Below, piece after piece: positions 34,508-40,921 of a stretch of 45,163 bases of DNA. Position 1 is the first letter of the stretch, and each line of letters starts with the position of its first letter. The notes under the pieces were generated by a model. That model ran no database searches. It saw only the letters and a program-made list of their open reading frames with translations, and was not told where the DNA came from. The DNA is taken from positions 1-45,163 of the forward strand of contig DASVED010000023.1 in assembly GCA_036380775.1 (NCBI GenBank), given 5' to 3'. The stretch is from Actinomycetes bacterium (GTDB lineage Bacteria; Actinomycetota; Actinomycetes; JACCUZ01). Both the position numbers and the translations under genes were made by a program.

Positions 34508-34648
34508 TGTGGACGCCGGTGTGGACACCGTGGGGACCGGCCGGAGTGTCGCTGTGGAGAGGCTGCCGACAGCCCTGTGGACAAGGGTGTGGATCATCCC
34601 GAACACCCCTGCTGACCTGCGGAGATGTCATCCACGAGCTGTGGACGC
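34508..34648 (+). promoter_or_regulatory. cluster of DnaA-box-like TGTGGA(C/T) 9-mers
   Basis: TGTGGACGC 34508, TGTGGACAC 34520, TGTGGAGAG 34553, TGTGGACAA 34576 (perfect complement of TTGTCCACA), TGTGGATCA 34588, inverted TCATCCACG 34628, TGTGGACGC 34640. Two head-to-tail pairs have an exact 12-nt period. Confidence 0.5.
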
Positions 34649-34672
34649 AGGAAAGTCGCTAGCGTTTCGGGC

Positions 34673-35347
34673 ATGACCGGCGACCCACCGCGCTCCGCAC
34701 CAGCCCAGTCTGGTGTCGTGGCCGACACAGGGGCCGACACAGGGGCCGACATCGTGGACGTCCGGCGCAGCGCCCGACGCCGGCGCACGGTCTCGGCCTA
34801 CCGCGACGGCGAGCGCACCGTGGTCCTCATCCCGGCGCGGATGAGCCGGGCCGAGGAGCGGCGCTGGGTGGCCGTCATGCTCGAGCGGCTGGCCCGCCAG
34901 GATGCCCGGCTGCGGCCCAGCGACCGCGAGCTGCTCACCCGCGCCGTCGACCTGTCGCGCCGCTTCCTGGACGGTCGGGCGAGGCCGGCCAGCGTGCGCT
35001 GGGTGACCAACCAGGGCAGCCGCTGGGGGTCGTGCACCCCGGTCGACCGCACCATCCGGCTCTCCAGCCGGCTGCAGGGGATGCCGTCCTGGGTCGTCGA
35101 CTACGTCCTGCTGCACGAGCTCGCCCACCTGCTGGTGCCGGGCCACGGCGCCGACTTCTGGTCGCTCGTCGACCGGTTCCCGCGCACCGAGCGGGCCCGG
35201 GGCTACCTCGAAGGCGTGTCGGCCACCGCTGGGCTCGGCTTCTCCGACGATGTTGATGACGATGATCCCGTCGAGGACGCCTCCGACGCCGCCGTCGAGT
35301 CCGGTGAGCTCCCCTTCGAGGCGACCGTGAGCAGCGACGACGCCTGA
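34673..35347 (+). CDS. YgjP-like (DUF45, M48-related) metal-dependent hydrolase
   Basis: VDVRRSARRRRTVSAY, WGSCTPVDRTIRLSSRL, and the zinc motif LLHELAHLLVPGH. Later in-frame GTG starts at 34718 or 34754 are possible. Confidence 0.85.
   Translation: MTGDPPRSAPAQSGVVADTGADTGADIVDVRRSARRRRTVSAYRDGERTVVLIPARMSRAEERRWVAVMLERLARQDARLRPSDRELLTRAVDLSRRFLDGRARPASVRWVTNQGSRWGSCTPVDRTIRLSSRLQGMPSWVVDYVLLHELAHLLVPGHGADFWSLVDRFPRTERARGYLEGVSATAGLGFSDDVDDDDPVEDASDAAVESGELPFEATVSSDDA
34721..34751 (+). repeat. 12-nt tandem repeat, about 2.6 units (GCCGACACAGGG; encodes ADTG)
   Basis: Units at 34721-34732 and 34733-34744, plus a partial unit at 34745-34751. It is in frame with the DUF45 ORF if that gene starts at 34673. 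Confidence 0.85.
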
Positions 35348-35889
35348 GCTGCGGCCCGCGCCCGGGTGACCAGCCGGCCGATGTCGGCGACAGCGCTCGG
35401 CGGCAGCGCGTCGAGCGGGAACCACGCCACGTCGTGCGACTCGTCGCTGACCACCGGCTCGGCGCCGACCGGCGCCAGGGCCGCGTAGCGCACGTCGAGA
35501 TGTTCCCCGCAGGTACCGAACGCCGAAGACAGCGCGTGCCGGTCCAGCTCGACGGGCCCATTGCCCACCAGGCGCAGCCCGGCGACGCCGGACTCCTCGG
35601 TGGCCTCGCGCAGCGCGGCCCCGGCCAGCGAGGCGTCAGCGGTCTCGCAGTGGCCGCCCGTCTGCACCCAGAAGTCGCCCTTGCGGTGGTGGGTGAGCAG
35701 GACGCGGCTCGCTGTCGCGTCCAGCACCAGGGCGCTGGCCGTCAGGTGCGCCGGCACGCAGGAGCGCAACAGCCCGTCCGGGTGGGTGCCCAGGTGCTCG
35801 AGGTACGTCGTCCGGAGCCGTTCCTGGTCCTCGTCGGGCGCCGTCCAGCGCGAGAGGACTCGCCGCGCGTCGAGGTGCAGTGAACTCAC
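35203..35889 (-). CDS. NUDIX hydrolase
   Basis: Nudix box GGHCETADASLAGAALREATEESGV. GTG 35889 overlaps the upstream stop (GTGA). The Ser-rich C-terminal tail overlaps the convergent DUF45 gene by 145 nt. Confidence 0.8.
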   Translation of the reverse strand: MSSLHLDARRVLSRWTAPDEDQERLRTTYLEHLGTHPDGLLRSCVPAHLTASALVLDATASRVLLTHHRKGDFWVQTGGHCETADASLAGAALREATEESGVAGLRLVGNGPVELDRHALSSAFGTCGEHLDVRYAALAPVGAEPVVSDESHDVAWFPLDALPPSAVADIGRLVTRARAAAQASSLLTVASKGSSPDSTAASEASSTGSSSSTSSEKPSPAVADTPSR

Positions 35890-37274
35890 GGGTCGGAGGG
35901 GCCGCCCGCCGCGCCGTGTCCGCCGTCTCCTGGCGGTGTCGGGGGCTCCGGCGGTGCCTCGGTGTCGTCGAGGCCGGACAGGTCCAGTGGTGCGGAGCCG
36001 CCACGGGCGAAGGCCTGCGGGTCGTCCAGGTCGTCGGCGGTGGGCAGCAGGTCGGGATGGCTCCAGACCGCCTCGCGACCGTCCTGGCCCTTCTCCGCCA
36101 GCACCTCCCGCCACAGCGCCGCGGCGTCGCGCAGCCGGCGCGGGCGCAGCTCGAGGCCGACCAGAGAGGCGAACGTCTGCTCGCCCGGTCCGCCGCTGGC
36201 TCGCCGACGGCGCACGGTCTCGCGCAACGCCGACGCGCTCGGCAGATGGGGAGTAGCTGCGGCGTCGACGACCTCGTCGACCCAGCCCTCGACGAGTGCC
36301 AGCGCGGTCTCCAGGCGCAGCAACGCGGCCTTCTGCTCCGGCGTGTCCTCGGGCTCGAACATGCCGCCGCTGAGCGCCTGCTGCAGCGACTCGGGGTTGG
36401 ACGGGTCGATGCTGCCCATCGCCTCCTCGAGCTTGGCGGTGTCGATCGTGATGCCGCGGGCGTAGGCGGCGACCGCCTCGACCAGGTGCCCGCGCAGCCA
36501 CGGGGCGTGCGCGAACAGCCGGTGGTGGGCCGCCTCGCGCAGCGCGAGGTAGAGCCGTACCTGGTCGTCCGGGACACCGAGTCCCTCGCCGAACGCGGCG
36601 ATGTTGGCGGGCAGCAGCGCGGCCCGGCCACCCGGGGCGAGCGGGAGCCCGACGTCGGTCGATCCCACGACCTCGACCGCGAGCGACCCGATCGCCTGAC
36701 CGATCTGGCTGCCGAACATCGCACCGCCGACGCTGCGCATCATCTGCTGCATCGGTCCGGCGAGCTGGGACATGGCCTGGACCTGCTCGGTCGGCAGGCC
36801 AAGCCCGGCCAGGGGACCGCCCTCACCGGAGAGCATCGAGCCCATCGAGTCCACGACCTTGCCGGCAACCGGATCCACGAGCTCGCGCCAGGCCGGCATC
36901 GTCGCCTCGACCCACTCCGCCCGACTCCACGCCGAGGCGGCTGCCGCGCCGGCCGGGAAGCTGGTCGCGTTGTCCAGCCAGAGCTCGGCGAGGCGCAGGG
37001 CGTCGAGGACCGGCTCGCGGTCCGCGGTCGTCACCGAGCGGTCGCCGGCCGTGGCGACGACCTGCCGAGCGACGTCGCGCGCCAGGTCCCAGTTGACCGG
37101 ACCGCCCTGCCACGACAGCAGCTGCCCGAGCCGCTGGAAGGCGGCTCCGAGGTCGCCGCCGGAGCCGGCGCCGAAGAGCGCCGCCATCGGGTCGAGCGGT
37201 GCACCGCCGCCGGGACCCGGCCGGTCGCCCCCATCGTCATCGCCGGGATTGAAGCCGAAGGGAAGGTTGCTCAC
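35886..37274 (-). CDS. DUF2342 / TIGR03624-type putative hydrolase (often annotated as zinc-dependent metalloprotease)
   Basis: VNWDLARDVARQ, LREAAHHRLFAHAPWL, and about 460 aa, which fits the family found at this syntenic position. GAGGAG lies 9 nt before GTG 37274. Confidence 0.85.
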   Translation of the reverse strand: MSNLPFGFNPGDDDGGDRPGPGGGAPLDPMAALFGAGSGGDLGAAFQRLGQLLSWQGGPVNWDLARDVARQVVATAGDRSVTTADREPVLDALRLAELWLDNATSFPAGAAAASAWSRAEWVEATMPAWRELVDPVAGKVVDSMGSMLSGEGGPLAGLGLPTEQVQAMSQLAGPMQQMMRSVGGAMFGSQIGQAIGSLAVEVVGSTDVGLPLAPGGRAALLPANIAAFGEGLGVPDDQVRLYLALREAAHHRLFAHAPWLRGHLVEAVAAYARGITIDTAKLEEAMGSIDPSNPESLQQALSGGMFEPEDTPEQKAALLRLETALALVEGWVDEVVDAAATPHLPSASALRETVRRRRASGGPGEQTFASLVGLELRPRRLRDAAALWREVLAEKGQDGREAVWSHPDLLPTADDLDDPQAFARGGSAPLDLSGLDDTEAPPEPPTPPGDGGHGAAGGPSDP

Positions 37275-37404
37275 GGGGTCAACTCCTCGAGTCACGCCTG
37301 GATGGCCGATGCCGGGCGGCCGGCGAGCGGACTTGGCAAGATGGGGGCACCATGACTGCCGTGCCGTCCACCGTAACCACTACGCCAACAGCGGCGGCGG
37401 TCCG

Positions 37405-38511
37405 GTGAGTTCCGGTACGGCGGGAGGAACGCCGCGGGTTCGCTCTCGGCGCAGCGGCGCCGCCAAGGGACCGGTCGTGGCCGTGACCGGTGCGGCGGAC
37501 GGGCTCGGGGCCGCCCTCGCAGGGCGACTCGCCGGCCGGGACGACGTGTCCCGGGTCGTCGGCCTGGACTCGCGTCGGGGTCAGGCTCCGGGCGTCACCT
37601 GGCGGGTGCTCGACGTCTGCGACCCCGCGCTCGCCGGCCGGCTCTCGAAGGTGGACACCGTGGTTCACCTCGCGGTCGACACCTCGCTCGACGGTGACGA
37701 CCGGGCGCGTGGGGAGCGCAACGTCCGGGCGGCGCAGACCGTGCTCACGTCCGCCGCGGCAGTCGGCGTCCGCCGGGTCGTCCTGTGCACGTCGGCGATG
37801 GTCTACGGCGCCCTTCCGGACAACCCGGTCCCGCTCGACGACGACGCGCCGCTGCGCGCCGTGCCGGACGGCGGCCTGCTCTCGGACTGGCTGGAGATGG
37901 AGCGGCTGGCCCTGCAGGCCCCGCGCACCCATCCCGGCTTACAGGTGACCGTCGTGCGGCCGGCCACGGTGGTCGGCCCCGGGGTCGACAGCGTCCTGAC
38001 CCGCCACTTCGAGGCGCCCCGGCTGCTGGTGGTGCGCGACTCGCGGCCCCGATGGCAGTTCTGCCACGTCGACGACCTGGTGTCGGCGCTGGAGCTGGCG
38101 GCGCTGGAGGGGGTGACCGGGGCGGTGACGGTCGGGTGCGACGGCTGGATGGAGCAGGAGGACGTCGAGCTGGTCTCGGGGATGCACCGCATCGAGCTGC
38201 CCGCGTCGATCGCGTTCGGCACGGCAGAGCGGCTGCACCGGCTCGGGATCATCCCGGCTCCGGCCAGCGACCTGCAGTACGTCGTGCACCCGTGGGTGGT
38301 CGCCAGCACCCGGTTGCGCGAGGCGGGTTGGCGTCCCGCGTACGACAATCCCACCGCCCTGGGCCTGCTCCTCGAGCAGGTGAGCGGGCACCACGCCGTG
38401 GCCGCCCGCCGCGTCGGGAAGCGCGACGCGACGATCGGCGCGGGCGCGGCCGTCGCCGTCGTCGGGACAGCTGCGCTGGTGCGCATCGCCCGGAAGAAGC
38501 GGCGCGGATGA
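37405..38511 (+). CDS. NAD-dependent epimerase/dehydratase family (extended SDR) protein with a C-terminal TM anchor
   Basis: VAVTGAADGLGAALAGRL, VVHLAV, and the C-terminal hydrophobic helix IGAGAAVAVVGTAALVRIARKKRRG. Confidence 0.8.
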   Translation: MSSGTAGGTPRVRSRRSGAAKGPVVAVTGAADGLGAALAGRLAGRDDVSRVVGLDSRRGQAPGVTWRVLDVCDPALAGRLSKVDTVVHLAVDTSLDGDDRARGERNVRAAQTVLTSAAAVGVRRVVLCTSAMVYGALPDNPVPLDDDAPLRAVPDGGLLSDWLEMERLALQAPRTHPGLQVTVVRPATVVGPGVDSVLTRHFEAPRLLVVRDSRPRWQFCHVDDLVSALELAALEGVTGAVTVGCDGWMEQEDVELVSGMHRIELPASIAFGTAERLHRLGIIPAPASDLQYVVHPWVVASTRLREAGWRPAYDNPTALGLLLEQVSGHHAVAARRVGKRDATIGAGAAVAVVGTAALVRIARKKRRG

Positions 38512-38933
38512 GCGGACCGATCCGCCTCCTGGACGTGCGGGACACCCCGCTGTCGGTCGACGAGGTCTTCGCCGCCGTGCGCGACCCGGCCGCAGGCGGC
38601 GTGGCTGTTTTCGTCGGCGTGGTGCGCTCGGAGGACGGTGGCCGGGAGGTCACCGACCTCGGCTACTCCGCACATCCCAGCGCGATCGGCGAGATGCGCG
38701 CCGTGGCCGACCAGGTGGCGACCGGGCACCCGGTGATCGCGATCGCAGCTGTGCACCGGGTGGGAGACCTGGCGGTCGGCGACCTCGCGGTCGTCGTCGC
38801 AGCTGCCTGCCCGCACCGGGGCGAGGCGTTCGCGGCGTGCCGGGCCCTGATCGACGGGCTCAAGGCGCGAGTGCCGATCTGGAAGCACCAGACCTTCGTC
38901 GGCGGCGAGCAGGAGTGGGTGGGTCTGCCCTGA
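38508..38933 (+). CDS. moaE: molybdopterin synthase catalytic subunit MoaE
   Basis: GAVAVFVGVVR, VGDLAVVVAAACPHRGEAF, IWKHQ. ATGA overlap with the upstream gene. Confidence 0.9.
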   Translation: MSGPIRLLDVRDTPLSVDEVFAAVRDPAAGGVAVFVGVVRSEDGGREVTDLGYSAHPSAIGEMRAVADQVATGHPVIAIAAVHRVGDLAVGDLAVVVAAACPHRGEAFAACRALIDGLKARVPIWKHQTFVGGEQEWVGLP

Positions 38934-39002
38934 AGCGGCGTGGATCGGGGTCCGCAGCGTCTACCCTGAGGGCATCCGTCCGCACCACCATCCGAGGTCC
39001 TG

Positions 39003-39167
39003 ATGTCCGCGCTCGTCTGGTTGACCATCCCGGTCGGGGCCCTGCTCCTGGCCCTGCTGTGGGTGGCGTGGGCGAGCCGCACACCCCCGAGGGCCGACAC
39101 CCACGAGACGCTCGAGGCGCACCGCCGCTTCCGGGCGGCGTTCGACTCCCATCACGACGGCACCTGA
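39003..39167 (+). CDS. small membrane protein (54 aa; below the track cutoff)
   Basis: GAGG lies 6 nt before the ATG. Product MSALVWLTIPVGALLLALLWVAWASRTPPRADTHETLEAHRRFRAAF... has one TM helix. Confidence 0.45.
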   Translation: MSALVWLTIPVGALLLALLWVAWASRTPPRADTHETLEAHRRFRAAFDSHHDGT

Positions 39168-39209
39168 CGCCGGCGGCGGGGACCGGCGCGCTCTCGTAGG
39201 CTTCCCGCC

Positions 39210-40247
39210 GTGTCACGCCGCACCCTGACCCTTGCCGCCGCGGGCTTCCTCGTGGTGTTGCTGTCCGCGGTCGCGGCCCTGCTCCCGGTGCCCTACGTCG
39301 CGTTGAACCCCGGCCCGGTCTCGAACACCCTCGGCTCGGTCGGCAAGACCGAGCTGATCCGCATCGAGGGGCGCGAGACCTATCCCGACGAGGGCAACCT
39401 CGACCTCACGACGGTGTCCGTGCTCGGCGGCCCGTCGCACAAGCTCGACCTGATGACGGCGCTGCGCGGCTGGCTGGACGAGGGTGTGGCCGTCGTGCCG
39501 GAGGAGCAGGTGTACCCGCCCGGCGAGACCGCCAAGGAGGCGGAGGAGCAGAGCGCCACCGAGATGCGTGACTCGCAGGAGAACGCGACGACCGCTGCGC
39601 TGCGGCACCTCGGCATCCCGGTCACGACGCGGCTGCTCGTCCAGGACATCCCGGCCGGCTCGCCGTCGCGGGGGAAGCTCGAGACGGGCGACGAGGTGCT
39701 GGCCGTCGACGGCAAGGCCGTCGCCGGAGGGGCGGAGCTCCGCGAGGCCATCACCTCCCGGGAGGCCGGGGACAGGGTCCGCCTCGCCGTACGCCGGGAC
39801 GGTCGACGGGTCGCGACGACCATCACCACGACCGCCGCCGAGGACGGCCGGGCCATCGTGGGCATCACCACCCGCGACGACGCGGACTACCCCTTCACGG
39901 TCGAGATCTCACTGGAAGACGTCGGCGGACCGAGCGCAGGGCTGATGTTCGCGCTCGGGATCGTCGACAAGCTGACCCCCGGTTCGCTCACCGCGGGGGA
40001 GCACATCGCCGGGACCGGGACCATTGACGACGCCGGGCACGTGGGCGCCATCGGCGGCATCACGCAGAAGATGATCGGCGCCCGACGGGCCGGGGCCACC
40101 GTCTTCCTCTCACCGCCGGGCAACTGCGCCGAGGCGAAGGCGACGAAGCCCGACGGGCTGCGGCTGGTCCGGGCGAAGACCCTGGACTCGGCGGTCGCCT
40201 CGCTCGACCGTCTCGCCGAGGGACGCACCGGCGTCCCCTCCTGCTGA
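39210..40247 (+). CDS. PDZ domain-containing Lon-like (S16, YlbL-type) serine protease
   Basis: N-terminal TM helix, a PDZ segment (GDEVLAVDGKAV), GGPSAGLMFALGIVDKL (Ser) and GGITQKMIGA (Lys). Confidence 0.9.
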   Translation: MSRRTLTLAAAGFLVVLLSAVAALLPVPYVALNPGPVSNTLGSVGKTELIRIEGRETYPDEGNLDLTTVSVLGGPSHKLDLMTALRGWLDEGVAVVPEEQVYPPGETAKEAEEQSATEMRDSQENATTAALRHLGIPVTTRLLVQDIPAGSPSRGKLETGDEVLAVDGKAVAGGAELREAITSREAGDRVRLAVRRDGRRVATTITTTAAEDGRAIVGITTRDDADYPFTVEISLEDVGGPSAGLMFALGIVDKLTPGSLTAGEHIAGTGTIDDAGHVGAIGGITQKMIGARRAGATVFLSPPGNCAEAKATKPDGLRLVRAKTLDSAVASLDRLAEGRTGVPSC

Positions 40248-40265
40248 CCGCCACGAAGGCCGGGG

Positions 40266-40781
40266 TCACTCGCTCAGGGTCGCCGCCAGCGCGTCGGCGA
40301 GCCCGGGCACGAGGTTCTCCCCGGTCAGGACGGAGGTCTCCTCGTCGTGAGCCCGCATCCGCAGGGCCGAGCTGCGCGAGCCGTCGCGCAGCACGGCCAC
40401 CACGATCCGCACCTCCTGACGCTCCGGGTGCTCGGCGAGCCAGCGCAGCGCGTCGCTCTCGGCCTGCGGCATGTCGCGCTCCACCTCCGGGGGGACCATC
40501 AGCCTCTCCACGGACAGTGCTGTGCCGAGAACCTCGACCGGCCAGGCGATCCCGCCGAGCAGGTCCTCCAGCGACGCGTGCTCGGGCAGGTCGCCCTGGT
40601 CCACCGGCGTCAAGGCCCCCGGCTGGTCCGCCACGACGCCCAGCTGCTCGGCGAGCTGTGGCTCGCGGGAGACCAGGTCGGCCGTCTCCACGAGCGCGTA
40701 CAGCCGGGCCGGCTGGTCCCAGCCCGCCGCCGAGGCGTGCCGCTCGAGGTCCAGGGTCAACCGGTCCAGACGTGAGGTCAT
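40266..40781 (-). CDS. conserved hypothetical protein (PPA1309-like)
   Basis: 171-aa acidic protein. GGGAGGA precedes the ATG. It is divergent from the UPF0182 gene, as in other actinobacteria (from memory). Confidence 0.8.
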   Translation of the reverse strand: MTSRLDRLTLDLERHASAAGWDQPARLYALVETADLVSREPQLAEQLGVVADQPGALTPVDQGDLPEHASLEDLLGGIAWPVEVLGTALSVERLMVPPEVERDMPQAESDALRWLAEHPERQEVRIVVAVLRDGSRSSALRMRAHDEETSVLTGENLVPGLADALAATLSE

Positions 40782-40921
40782 GACCGGCGATCCTCCCTCG
40801 CCACGCGCGGGCGGTGGGAACTACCCCCGCGGCTCGGTAAGTTGACACCGCGAGCCCGCCGACACCCAGACCGCCGCAGCCCCCACCGGGGCTGCTCCCG
40901 GCCCGACCGAACGGAACGTGT

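Noticed and set aside
35886-37274. The absence of an HExxH motif (the sequence reads LREAAHHRLF) in the protein usually annotated as a zinc-dependent metalloprotease, suggesting an inactivated enzyme.
   Set aside because: I cannot recall the true consensus of the DUF2342/TIGR03624 family well enough. The REAAH-type sequence may be the family norm, so I make no claim without an alignment.
37352-37408. An 18-codon Thr-rich mini-ORF (MTAVPSTVTTTPTAAAVR) whose TGA overlaps the GTG start of the epimerase gene.
   Set aside because: It has no convincing ribosome-binding site, and its codon third positions are atypically A/T-rich for this genome (act, gta, act, cca, aca). It is most likely a chance ORF in the 5' UTR. 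Only ribosome profiling could revive it.
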